Shown: positions 1 through 21,985 of the stretch, piece after piece
How the letters are laid out: every line of letters begins with the position of its first letter
Position numbering within the stretch: the stretch's first letter is position 1
NCBI GenBank assembly: GCA_964016885.1
Contig: OZ024765.1
Span: forward strand, 6,696,001-6,760,000
Direction of reading: 5' to 3'
Origin: Eledone cirrhosa
Lineage: Eukaryota
DNA: 64,000 nucleotides
The notes under the pieces: generated by a model
Seen by the model: only the letters and a program-made list of their open reading frames with translations
Told to the model about the DNA's origin: nothing
The model's database searches: none
Program-made: the position numbers and the translations under genes

Positions 1-16
1 GAAGCGAGTGGAAAAT

Positions 17-275
17 GTTGATGGTGATGGTTAGGGCAGAGGTTGTGCTGGTGGAGGTGATGGTTAGGGCAGAGGTTGTGGAGGTGATGGTTAAGGTAGC
101 GGTGGTGGAGGTGATGGTTACGGTAGCGGTGGTGGAGGTGATGGTTAAGGTAGCGGTTGTGGAGGTGATGGTTAAGGTAGCGGTTGTGGAGGTGATGGTT
201 AAGGTAGCGGTTGTGAAGGTTATAGTTAGGGTCATTGTTAGTGGTTGTGGTTAAGGTAGAGGTTGTGGTGGTCGT
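17..275. repeat. 27-bp G/T-rich tandem repeat
   Basis: gtggaggtgatggttaaggtagcggtt units. Confidence 0.9.
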
Positions 276-2299
276 GGTGATACCAATCTTGAAGTAAAGG
301 GGTGTGGTTTAGTGGTTAGGGTCTCAGTTCATGATCAGGAAGTCATGTGTGTCCTTAAACAAGGTACTTTGCATTGCTCCAGTCCATTTAGCTAATACAT
401 ATGAGTACCAGCTACAGAATCTGGGTGGAAAGGAAGTTAACCTTGTGAGGGAGTGTTGTTTTCTCCAGAGAGCCATCTACTCTCAGCTGCTTAACACGGC
501 TAAGATTCAGCCTGATGTGCCCCTTACACTCAAGATAGGCTTAAACCCTTTTGTTACTGTATTTCTCATAAAATACATTGCCTATGATTTCCAAATAAGT
601 TTGAAAATATGAGAATTTTATTAAAATAAATAATATTTCTCATTATTAATCTGGTGTTTGGAACATAACTTAACAAAGAATCTTACATAAAATTATAATG
701 GAATTTTTTTTTTTTTAGATAAATATCAATACTTTAATTCTTTCATTATCATATGTCTAATGAAATATGGTAATGTTTTAGTAATATAACAGGTTTTAGT
801 TATTAAACTGGTGTTAGGAACATAACTTAAAGTTTTTTTTACATAAAATTATGATAGAAGGTTTATTATCATAATTTTATGTAAGAAACTTTGTATAAAT
901 GCCACCATATTACTTTGACAGTCGGCTTCCTGATGATTTCTCCCAAATGAAGCAGTTCTAGTCCTGTAGAAGCCATTTCTATATTATGTATTAAATATTT
1001 ATACTCTGCTATGTATTGAGTACCTTACTTACTGTGGTTACCTGGGATAAACTTTATATATATATATATAAAGGATACCCCTGATTGAACCTGGGATAAA
1101 CTTTATATATATATTATATAAATTAAGATAAACAGCTTTGAAGGTTTCTAAATGAATATATAGTTTAATATTTGTAGAACTGTGGACCATTTCAAAGGAC
1201 TTGGTCTCAAAAGGGTTAATGTGTTTTCTTCTGGATCACTGTAACTACCATAGGGGGAGAGAAAGAAATAAAGGATTAAAGGAAATTTTGCTAGCATTTT
1301 GTTGGAAGTGTATGGATCTTTCTAGAAAGGGATAATGGTTGGGGGGGAGGTGTGAAAAATAACACAAACACCAATACAAGCGACCGAAATGGCGTTCCTC
1401 TGTTGGATCTTTGGTGTAACGCTACTCAGTAGCGTGCAGAGCTTGGAAGTTAGAGAGTCACTCCCGATTAATCTGCTGCTTCTCCGATTTGAAAGATTAC
1501 AGCTCCGATACTACAGACGTGGTCAGAATGTCCCAAGAAAGAATGAATGGGCAGATTTTACGAGTAAAAGCAACCAGAGGAGGAGTAGATGCCACCACCC
1601 TGAGCAAGATGGTTGGATAACATCCATGAGCTTGGTTGGTCTGGTCTGGTCTGGTCTGGTCGCACTTGTGAATCTAGCTGGATTAATTGGAGACGGTTGC
1701 TTGTGTTAAGACCCATGGGAGGGGGGAATGCTTGACAGTTATGCTGCCACGACCCTCCCAAGAATAATTGTGTGAAGCAGAAAAAGAACACTCATCGTTA
1801 AACTGCCCTTGCTCGTGCTGTGCAGATTCACAGGGGTTTTCTTGCATATATCTATCTAGATAGGTGCTATTTCTGTGTCCACAGAGGGGAGGGCCAGCCT
1901 GCTACTACTACTATGGATGTTCGGGTAGCAAGTGGGTGTGTGTATATATTTACACAGACTGACTGGTGCTCTCATCTGTGTGTGTGTGTGTGTATGTATG
2001 TGTGTGAAATTCACTGACATTGTCATTTTCTTTTGTATATATATATATATAGATATATATATACATATGTGTGTATGTCTGTATATACTCACAATCACTG
2101 TGTATTTATGTGTATGTATATATATACATAAATTCACTTGTAAGCCCACAATCTCTCTATATATATATGAATGAATGTATGTATGATGTGTGTGTGTATA
2201 TACTCACTCTCAAACTCACAATCCCTGTGTTTACGTATGTATATACATTTAGTCACAAGTTCACAATCATCTTATGTGTGTATACACACATACACAAAC

Positions 2300-3600
<1,301 letters not shown>

Positions 3601-6600
3601 TTGAATGCCCACAAACACCACATGTGTATATATATGTATGTGTGTATATATATAATATGTATGTATATCAATACATTTAGTTACTTGCAAGTTCACAATC
3701 ATCATATACATGTGTGTGTGTGTATATATATATATACATACACACATATATGTAAGTACCAAGCCCACGCTGTGTGTATATGTGTGTAGTTGACACGTAT
3801 AACCATTAGCATTATCACAGCCGCCATTGTATGTATACACGTGTGAGTGAATGTGTGTGTATGTATATAAATCCATATACATATGTATGTGTGTATATAT
3901 ATGTGTGTGTGTATCCATATAAATTCATACACACACACACACACACATGTGTGTATGTATATATATGTATGCACATATACATTTGTACATATATGTATTC
4001 ATGTAATGTATGGATATATATATATATGTGTATCTATCTATATGTATGTAGATATGCATATATATATATTCATACATTATATAAATAGACATGCACACAT
4101 ATATGTATGTGTGTGTGTGTATGAATTTATCTGCATACATATGTATATGAATTTATATACATACATGAGTGCGTTTATATATATGTGTGTGTGTAAATGT
4201 GTATATAACATACATATAAAACCAGTGGCAAGCTCAAAATATATCACCCTTGCATATGTATATATATATATATATATATTTTTATTTGCTCCATTCCTTC
4301 AAGTTTAGTATAAAACATTGCTCACCCACAATAATTGAAAAAAAATATATATAAATAAATGATATAAAACAATAAAAAATACCGGAAATAAAAAAAAAAT
4401 TAAAATTAAAAAAATATTCAAAAAAAAAACACAAAATGTAAATCTACACAAATTATTGTCTTGATGTCATTTCTTAATTTTTTTTATTAACGATCATCAG
4501 CATCATTTACAGGGACAGATGTAGAGTTAGAACCCAGGACCTTGTGAATGGAAAGTGAACTTATTGTACCAACATGATTGAGATAGCATATGCACTGTGT
4601 ATGTGTAAATTTTAAGAGTTACGGATGGATATATATATATATATATATATATACACATCATCATCATCACCGTTTAATGTCCATTTTTCCACGCTGGCAT
4701 GGGTTAGACGAGTTATCCTGTTGTGAGCAATGCCAGGTCAGGTGACCATGTCTTGCTCATACAGAACTGATTCTGGCTTGGTTGCCCTTAACGCCAACCT
4801 CATTTACAGTGAGTGCTGGGTGCTTTTTGTCATGAGACCTACTTTACCACTTTACAGTGTGGACAAGGTATTTTTTTTGTTGTGACACCTACATGACCAC
4901 TTTACAGTGTGGGCTGGATGCTTTTTTACCGTGACACATGACCACTTTACAGTGTGGACTGAGTGCTTTTTGTCATGACATCTACACAACCACTTTACAG
5001 TGAGTATTGGGTGCTTTTTGTCGTGACACCTACACAACTACTTTACAGTGAGTGCTGGGTGCTTTTTGCCGTCACATCTACACAACCACTTTACAGTGCG
5101 TGTTGGGTGCTTTTTGCCGTCACACCTACACAACCACTTTACAGTGAGTGCTGGGTGCTTTTTGCCGTCACACCTACACAACCACTTTACAGTGAGTGCT
5201 GGGTGCTTTTTGCCGTCACACCTACACAACCATTTTACAGTTTGAACTGTGTGCTTTTTTGCTGTGTGTTGCCGTCACGACCATTTTACAGTGTGCGCTG
5301 CAGTTTTTATTTGATAAATATATATAGTGAATTAAAGCAGCGAACTGTCAGTTAGAATGCTTTGCGGTATCAGTTCTATCTCTTTTCCTTGAGTTCAAAT
5401 CCCACCGAGGTCAACTTTGCCTTGCATCCGTTTGTAGTCGATATAAAAAGTACCAGTCTAATACTGGGATCAATTCTTCCTCTATATCTCTTTCCCATTT
5501 TCACCCTCTCTATCCTTCTCTGGAGGAAATCTACTGTACTCAGACCTGGAGAGGGATGAGCTCCACCAGGTCTTAAAATACCCTAGAAACGCTGTATGTC
5601 AATACAGTGCCCCTACGACTTTATCAGGAGTTACAGGACCAACAGAAAAAATAATAATTGTTTCTACTTTTGGCACAGGGCCAGCAATTACCCAGTACAT
5701 TACTGGTACTTTATTTTATCGACCCCCGTAAGGATGAAAGGCAAAGTTAACCTCGGTGGGATTTGAACTCAGATCATAAGGCATGGTCAGCCGACCAGAC
5801 ACTGCCCACAACAGGACAACCCGTCTAACCCATGCTAGCGTGGAAGAACGGACGTAAAACGGTGATGATGATGATGATGATGATCATAAAGGGACGTAAC
5901 TATGCTGGAAAGCATGTCCGAGCCTCTACCGATACTGCCAATAAAATACATTTTACGCAAGAGTTCCCTGAGACATGATAACTATTTCAAGGGTTCTACA
6001 AGGGTAAAAAAAGGTTGAGAAAAGCTGGTCTACGTAGTCACTTGACCTGCTAGACATAGCAGTAAAAAAAATCATTCAAATTCTTACAGTTGTAATTTAA
6101 GGAGTTCCTTTCATGACCTCATAGTTTTGGGGTCAGTGAAACCTTGGGGCAGATGTCTTCTACTATAACCATAGATTGACCAATACCTGACTGGAATTTG
6201 GTAGGCAGAAATTGTGTGGAAGCTAATCGCATATATATGTGTATGTGTGTGTCCTTGTTTAACTTAGCAGTTCAACAAAAAAAATTGATAAAATAAGTAC
6301 CAGATTTGAAAGAATAAGTACTGGGGTAGATATGATCAATTAAATCCCTTCAAGGCAAGCTCCAGCATGGCTACAGTCTAATGACTAAGACAGTTAAAAA
6401 AATACAAAACTAAATCCCTTTAAGGCAGTGAGTGCTCCAGCATGGCCACAGTCTAATGACTGAAACAGGTAAAAGTTTATAAGGTAGTGCACCAGCATGG
6501 CCACAGTCTAGTGTCTGAAACATAAGTATATAAAGCAGTGACCCAGCATGGCCATAGCCTATTGACTGAAACCAGTAAAAATATACAAGGCAGGGTTCCA

Positions 6601-6943
6601 GCATGGCCACAGCCTAATGACAAATGACTGAAGTAGGTAAAAGTATACAAGACGGTGCACCAGCATGGCCAGAGTCTAATGACTGAAACAAGTAAAAGTA
6701 TTATCTCAATTGAGATAAAAGGTTCTTTCTGGGGGGGGGGGGGGATTATGTGGGCAAAGTACAAAATATATATACCCCAGCAACAGCACTACCACCACCA
6801 ACAACAACACCAACACCACCACCACTACCACCACCAACAACAACAACACCACCACCACCACCATATACTCAATGGTGAGATGTTTTTTTACACGTATTAA
6901 CTTGACTGAAGGAGACAATACAGGTGGCAAGATTGAATCAATA

Positions 6944-7450
6944 AATCCACACACACACAAAATAAATATATACATACAAAGTATTATTTTTGTCCATATA
7001 TACATTACACATACAAAATAAACACATATACATACACACAAACTATACACACATGCAAACATTATATATCCACACACACACAAAATAAATATATACATAC
7101 AAAGTATTATTTTTGTCCATATATACATTACACATACAAAATAAACACATATACATACACACAAACTATACACACATGCAAACATTATATATCCACACAC
7201 ACACAAAATAAATATATACATACAAAGTATTATTTTTGTCCATATATACATTACACATACAAAATAAACACATATACATACACACAAACTATTATCTCCA
7301 TATATACATTATACACACATGCAAACATTATATATCCACACACACACATACATAAAATAAATATATACATACAAAGTATTATTTTTGTCCATATATACAT
7401 TACACATACAAAATAAACATATATATATATATATACATACACACAAACTA
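6944..7450. repeat. 123-bp tandem repeat
   Basis: 41-codon periodicity visible in ORF 6706-7287. Confidence 0.85.
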
Positions 7451-9384
7451 TTATCTCTCCATATATATATATACACATGCAAACATTATATATATATATA
7501 TATATACAAATATATACATACACACATATATATATACATACACACAAACTATTATCTATCCATATATACATAATACACACATGCAAACATTATATATATA
7601 TATATATATACATAAATATATACATACACACAGACTATTATCTGTCCATTTACACATTACATACATATATATACATATTTAGGCACACCGGGTAAGAAAG
7701 ATATGCATACAGACACAGAAAGAAAGGGAGAGTGCTATATGTACAGACATAAGCATATATATAATAGTAAAATTTACAAGGAATGGTGGATCCTGGTAAG
7801 TGACAAATTTATTCATTTGCAGTATTTCAAACCTTGATGTTTTTTTATGTGTGAATGTATTTATATGTTTATATATATATATAAATAATGAATCAAAAAC
7901 ATCAAATATGTTTAGAATTTTATGTTTCTCAATAGACTTTATCTAGAGCCATAATAACCGAATGAAGAGATATATGTATAGACAGAGACATATATGGCTC
8001 TTTCTCTCTCTGTATATACATATATCCCTTTATTTGGTTATATTTATGTATATTTTTGAATATGTATTGTATGTATGTATGTTATTCTTCACCTAGTTAT
8101 TCATGAGTGTTTTGTGAGAGCAGTCTTCTCACATACCTTCGCTAAACAAATGTCTGCAGTTGATCCAGCTAGACCAGCAAGTCAGGCCCACCAAGCTCGT
8201 GGATGTTTTTCAACCAAAAACATGGGCGGAGGTGGTGAGAACAGACCTCAGATCGCTGAAGTTCATGGAGGAGATGATGAAGGACCGTGACAAGTGGAGA
8301 GATGCTGTGCTGAATAGGACCCGTCCCACCCTTGCAAGTGATATAATAATAATAATAATAATAATAATGAAATTATTGTGTACAGTTCTCAGGTGCACTA
8401 CAACTCATCAAAGGTGCATGTATAGTACATAGAATAATGTACAAATGTCAGGAAAATAAACAGTGTATGAGTCATGATATAATAACAATAACAATAATGA
8501 AATATTGTGTACAGTGCCCAGGTGCACCACAACTCATCAAAAAAGTGCATGTACAGTACATAGGGCAATGCACATATATACATATATATGTGTGTGTGTG
8601 TATTTGTATACATACACATGTGTTTGTTTCAGTATATATATACATCATCATCATCATCATCATCTTCGTTTAGCGTCCATTTTCCACGCTAGCATGGGTT
8701 AGACGGGAGTTGTCCCACTTGAGGCAAGATTGGTCGGGTGACCGTGTCTCGCTCATATAGGACTATCTGGCAGGTTTTCTACGGCGGATGCCCCTCCTAG
8801 CACCAACCACATTTACAGTGTGGAACTGGGAACTTTTTACCGTGTCACCTACACGGCCACATTACAGCATGGACTGCGTTTTTTTTTCTTGTGACACCTA
8901 CACGATCTCGATCTCATTATCGCATTTATTTGGACTGGATGTTGGTGGGAGTGGGAGGATAGGGTAGGGGTAGTGGATTGTGGTATATATATATCTTTGG
9001 AGAAGGTCACTCTGATATAAAACCTGTGACTTCATCTACATCCAATGATGTAGACCTGTTCTTCTTTTTGGGTAAATGCATTTAATATTCAGAGAGTGGG
9101 ATTGGCCCCGTGCAAAGCCTTTCCTCACTTAAAAGAGCTTCAAGCTCAGGTATCGCTTGATATGTGACATTTTTTGCGATACATGGTATTGCTGGCCATA
9201 GGCAAGACCCTAGCAGGACTAAAAGACTGTATCCATGATGCTCATACTTAAGTATCAAGCGATGGCATTACTCACGAGTTGGAGCCATCATATATATGTG
9301 TGTGTGTGTTAGTTTACCTGCTATCCCACTACACCTCTTGTGTACCCAAGATTTGCATTGTGTACATCATCTATACTATATGCA

Positions 9385-9860
9385 CCAACACCACCACCAC
9401 CAACATCACTACCAGCACCAACACTATCACCACCAACACCACCACCACCAACATCAACATCACCACCAGCACCACCAACAACATCACCACCAACACTATC
9501 ACCACCAACACCACCACCACCAACATCAACATCACCACCAGCACCACCAACAACATCACCACCAGCACCAACACTATCACCACCAACACCACCACCACCA
9601 ACATCAACATCAACATCACCACCAGCACTATCAACACCAGCACCAACACCACCAACAACATCACCACCACCAACATCAACATCACCACCAACACCACCAA
9701 CATCAACACCAGCACCACCAACACCAGCACCACCAACACCAACATCACCAACAGTATCAACACCACCACCAACATCAGCACCAACACCAACATCACCACC
9801 AGCACCACCACCAACAGTACCACCACCACCACCAACATCAACACCAGCACCACCAACAAC
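9385..9860. repeat. (ACC/AAC/ATC)n trinucleotide low-complexity tract
   Basis: Direct inspection; similar tracts at 13385-13850, 14490-14700, 61650-61920. Confidence 0.92.
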
Positions 9861-10665
9861 AAAAGACCTTTGCAAGTTAGAAGTGATAACATTCCAAATT
9901 AATTGATTAATTCTAGGAAACATGGGCAGATTATTTTTCTCTCTTTCAATACACAAACACACACACACACACATACACTCCCTCTCTCTCTCACAAGTAC
10001 ACAGCCTCTCTCTCTCTCACACACACACAAAAACACATACACTCCCTCTCTCTTACACACACAAACACATTCATATACACACTCCCTCTCTCTTACACAC
10101 ACACATACAGCCCCCTCTCTCTCACACATACATACATAGCTGGTTCAATGAGTACACAGGTGAAATTCCAGAATAACAAACTCATCACGTAGTCACATAA
10201 AAACTATTCTAGAACTTTACTTCGGTATTGAGTACTCGTCTTCCCTTTTTTTTTTTTTTCGATCAGAGGAGGTGGACAATCTTTTCTATATTTCATCTAC
10301 CTGTCACCTACCTTGTGGATTGTCTCTCTGTTGCAACTGATATTGTTATATTTGATATAATATCCATGTTGTCAGTATAAGAAACACAAGCACAATATGG
10401 TTTCGCTTTATTTATATTACTAGTTATTCGTTATTACGAACTAATGTCGGTCGCTCTCCGACGGCTCTTTTTGTTTATGACTAATTATTCATAAGTTCGT
10501 AATAACGAATAACTTGTTTTAAAGATAAAGTGAAAATCATATATTGTATTTGGTGCGTGTGTTTCTTTTTATTGGCAATAGAGGCAACATGACAGTCCTC
10601 AAATATTATATATATATATATATATATAATATTTGAGGACTGTCATATATAATATTTGAGGACTG

Positions 10666-10713
<48 letters not shown>

Positions 10714-10869
10714 TGAGGACTGTCATATATATATATATATATATAGGAACGAGTAGGACCCCGACGGCTGAGCTCAAGCCGTTTCGTTCCTATTACCCAC
10801 TCTACTAAGTACTCTACTGAGTACTTTGGTGCGTTATGATCCACCTGGTTCCTTACCACATTTCCTTAG

Positions 10870-10939
<70 letters not shown>

Positions 10940-11559
10940 ATTCAGCGAGAATCGCATTTCTGCGGGCAGTCAAAGCAAAGCGAAACGCAAAAATCAGAAA
11001 TGATACTGGCAAAGTGCTCAATAGTTAAAAACCAGAGCTAAACAATGTGTTAAGAAGCCATACAAAACTGAAAAGGTGGTCAAGAAGGCATTAACCACCC
11101 AAGCCAAAAACCAAATTAAGCTAAACAGGTCAAAACAAAATGTATATATATATAGAAAATGTGGTAAGGAACCAGGTGGACCATAACGCACCAGAGTACT
11201 TGATACTTAGGGTAGTAGAGTGGGTAATAGGAAAAGAGTCAGAACCCCGAGGGCTGAGCTCCGGCCGTTTCGGATCTAGGTGTCGAAACGGCCGGAGCTC
11301 AGCCATCGGGGTCTTGACTCTTTTCCTATATATATATATTCATATGATTTATTGATTTATTGATATTTTATCTGAGTGACCCGAATCTTCCTGATCGTAA
11401 ATTTTCGGTCGTATGGGTGATTTTAGACATAATCTTTGTGTGTTGGTATTTTAACGATAGTTATAGCTCTGATTTATCTGAATTATTGAGCCCTCTGCCA
11501 CTCATGTCGAATTTGTTTATCGTGAACTCGTGTGCCGATTTTCCGATACTCGATTATTC

Positions 11560-11594
<35 letters not shown>

Positions 11595-11834
11595 TAAGAA
11601 TAAAGAAACAAAGAATCAGTGTTGCATCATAACATATTATATATGTTTCACTGTCTATCACCTCGAGGAACGATCTATTATTGATCGAACCTGATTCTGG
11701 AATCGATATCCTCGGATAAGCTTGAATAGTATACACTGCTCTGCGAGCGCATCGAGTTCTCACCCGGCATACCGCCTACGGGCGCAATTATCTTGCACCT
11801 CTACATATATATAAATATATATATATATGTGTGT

Positions 11835-12080
11835 GTGGAGATATTAACCCGAGCCAGGACCCGTTTCATAATCAGGTTTGCTCGGTGTGACAGACAAAAC
11901 AACCAGCATTCAGGCAGCAGGCAGGACAAACCATGTAAACCTGTGGAGTCGAGGGACTTTCCACAGCGGCATCCCAGACACCCACAAACGTCGGCTCCCA
12001 CACGAAGTGCAGAAGGCCAAACGTTGGTCACAGGCAGAGCATCAATCCAGACCCCTAAGAACTTTGCTCTAGCAGAAAGT
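11835..12080 (-). mobile_element. CRE-like non-LTR retrotransposon fragment (zinc-knuckle region)
   Basis: WIDALPV...ALRVGADVC...CRCGKSLDSTGLHGLSC...NLIMKRVL. Confidence 0.65.
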
Positions 12081-12268
12081 TAAGATATATTGATTATGAA
12101 AGGATAATATATATTAACTATCAACTCAGAGAAGTAATTAACCTTATTAAACTTCAGCCACAATTTTAGTCGGTCTAGCTTATATTCCCCGCGAAATCGG
12201 GATCTGGGCTTATGTATATATATATATTCCTAATGAGTTGAATTTTTATTTCATTGTATTAACTTATA

Positions 12269-12300
<32 letters not shown>

Positions 12301-13190
12301 AACTAAATTAAAGGTCGATTGACATATGTTTATAACATAAACATATCAAACATTGACAGGGGATAAGTTGTAAAGAGTGTAAGCACACATAATTACAGCA
12401 ATTAAAAAAAAACTCAATAAACTTTGTCTATCTTTTTGTATGAAGTATGTGGTCTGTGTATTATATACAATATGTTGTGTATATTTTTGGATATATAGTC
12501 CTTTATATAGATATCTCGGGCGGGTAAAATTCCCGAGCTCCATGGATGAGTTCTCTCCAGTGGACATACTACAAGAGGAAGACCGAGGTTGACATGTTAT
12601 ATATATATATATATTTTACTTTTGAATTATGTGTGTATATATACATATAGATATATATATGTATATATATATATACATATATATATATACATAATTCAAA
12701 AGTATATATATGTATATAAAAAAAGAAAGGTGTGAGTACAAATGAAAGACGAAAAATAAAACTAGAAGTAATTAACAGAGAATGTGGAAGTTAATATTAA
12801 TAGGTAATTAATCTGTACTTACGAATAATTAGAAGAGAAGTTGTTTATCTTGCCCGGAGAACGACGACCAGACACAGAGAGAGAAGAAAAAAGGAGACAT
12901 ACACACAGAGCCAGAGAGAGACACTCACAAACAGAAACTGAGACACACACACTTACACGCACGTATTTTCGTTGCAGGGGAATAACTCTGTATAGGATAG
13001 GCGAATACTTAGTAATTACACTGTTACCTCCCTTTAAGGGTGGCCAGGAACGCCAGCGTTCGAACTTTTATTTTTATCAACAACAAAAACTAAGTGTTTT
13101 TCCTCCTTTGTCGAAAACATTTAACAAAAAAATAATGAAAAATATTTTTAAAATAGTTTAAATATTTGAAACAACTTTTAATTTCCTGAA

Positions 13191-19884
<6,694 letters not shown>

Positions 19885-20022
19885 GGGCTTTAGAGGATGC
19901 TGGAATGGTAGGGTTACATTCGACTGAACCAACAAATTCCCAAGTGTATTACCGTGTTCACTAGGTACTTATTTCCCCATCCGTCCATCTTTTTTCACTC
20001 AACAGAACCAGTAATATACTGG

Positions 20023-20118
<96 letters not shown>

Positions 20119-20124
20119 TAGATA

Positions 20125-20437
20125 GATAGTTAAAATCTAATGCAATTCAGTAAAATTATGCCTTCCTTTTCGCCTTATATATATATAAATAAATATACAT
20201 TTTTTTACAGGTTCTCAGGTAGTATATATATATACTAGCTTAGAACCTGTCAAACATTCATTTCGATAGGAAGGCAAAAATCAAAGTACTGATTATAAAA
20301 TTATATTTATTGTATTCTATATTTATTTTCTAAAAAATATTACATAAAATTCAGAATATAATAAACAAATAAAGATTATAATGAGAAACATTTACATCTG
20401 ACATGAGCGTTCCCAATATATATATATCATCATCATC

Positions 20438-20468
<31 letters not shown>

Positions 20469-20773
20469 TAGTTAAAATCTAATGCAATTCAGTAAAATTA
20501 TGCCTTCCTTTTCGCCTTATATATTTAAATAAATATACATTTTTTCACAGGTTCTAAGCTAGTATAGATATATACTAGCTTAGAACCTGTCAAACATTCA
20601 TTTCGATAGGAAGGCAGAAATCAAAGTACTGATTATAAAATTATATTTATTGTATTCTATATTTATTTTCTAAAAAATATTACATAAAATTCAGAATATA
20701 ATAAACAAATAAAGATTATAATGAGAAACATTTACATCTGACATGAGCGTTCCCAATATATATATATCATCAA

Positions 20774-20780
<7 letters not shown>
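20125..20780. repeat. Direct tandem duplication of about 340 bp
   Basis: gttaaaatctaatgcaattcag...gagcgttcccaatata occurs twice, nearly identical. Confidence 0.9.
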
Positions 20781-20820
<40 letters not shown>

Positions 20821-20825
20821 TAGAT

Positions 20826-21013
20826 ACGAGGGTTGACTGAAAAGTTCATAAGCTTACCAAGATACTCTCATGGAATGACCCAATGAGGTTTATTTTCCAA
20901 CATAGTCCTTGGAGAGAAAGAATGCAGTTATTAATAAGGAGAGTTGAAATTAATGCATGCAAAATTTCAGAGCTCTAGCATATTCAGCCTATGAACTTTT
21001 CAGCTGACCCTCT
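20826..21013. mobile_element. Mariner-like non-autonomous DNA element
   Basis: gagggttgactgaaaagttcata ... tatgaacttttcagctgaccctc inverted termini; partial copy at 46152-46262. Confidence 0.7.
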
Positions 21014-21059
21014 CATGTATGTATGTGTGTATGATTGTATGTATGTTTCTCTTTCTTTT

Positions 21060-21985
21060 AATTTCGAGTACATCTTTGACCGGCCACCTTCCTGGTGGCA
21101 AGGTTGTAAAAGAAAAGAAATTGTCATCCCTTGAATCACAAGAATGTCTTGCAAATTTTGAAGGTGCCAGCTATCGCAGCCATTTGTAGTCTATGAATTA
21201 AGGAGCTGCGCTCTTTGTCCACAAATCCAAGTTCAGTTAAACTTTGGTGGAAGCGGCTTGGTATATAACCTGTAGCTCCAATAATTGTTTCTACTTTAGG
21301 CACAAGGCCAGCAAATACCCAGTGCATTACTGGTACTTTATTTTATCGACCCCGTAAGGATGAAAGGCAAAGTCAACCTCGGCGGGATTTGAACTCAGAC
21401 CGTAAAGGGAGGTAACTATGCTGGAAAGAATGGCGTCCGACTCTACCGATACTGCCAATCTGTAGCTCCAATAATAATGGGTGACAGTATCTTGGATACT
21501 GGATCTGCAAACTGCTCATCAATGATCCGTAAATATCCTCCTCTTGTATTTTTCTTACAACATTGTATGTATCTTCTCTCTTTCTCTTAATTTCGAGTTT
21601 ACTTTTGACTGGCCATCCTCCCGGTGTCAACATTGTAAAGAAAAGGAAATTTTCATCATCCTTTGAATCTTAAAAATATTTAACAAATTTTGAAGGTTCC
21701 ACTTATCATGGCCATTTGTAGCTTAGGAATTAAGGAGCTACCTTCTTTCTCCACGAATACCAGTTGTCACACTTGGGTCAAGGTGTGTGTGTATATATAA
21801 CCTTTAGCTCCGATAATAGGTATGAAACTGACCGTGTATCTTGGGTACTAGGACTTGAAACTCCTCATCAATGGTCTGTAGATATCATCCATCACTTTTT
21901 CTTACTACATTGATATCAAGTGGGGAGCTGACTTCTAAAATAGAGCAAGTTTTTAATCCACAGTCCCAAACAACAATATCAGGCC
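21060..21985 (-). mobile_element. Two tandem decayed 3' ends of an R4/Dong-like non-LTR element (restriction-like endonuclease)
   Basis: WPDIVVWD...CSILEVSSPLDINVVRK and IIGATGYIP...LQMAAIAGTFKICKTFL. Confidence 0.7.
21286..21459 (-). mobile_element. tRNA-derived SINE with 16-bp target-site duplication
   Basis: A box TGGCAGTATCGG, B box GAGTTCAAATCC, central GCCTTTCATCC...GTCGATAAAATAAAGTACCAG; TSD ctgtagctccaataat at 21270 and 21460. Other copies near 5330, 5654, 22570, 27360, 41055, 42720, 55785, 56795. Confidence 0.9.

Noticed and set aside
9279-9974. Thr/Asn-, His/Gln- or Pro/Thr-rich (mucin/extensin-like) ORFs; likewise 13333-13986 and 14439-14714
   Set aside because: Trinucleotide low-complexity tracts open in nearly all frames, with no credible splice context.
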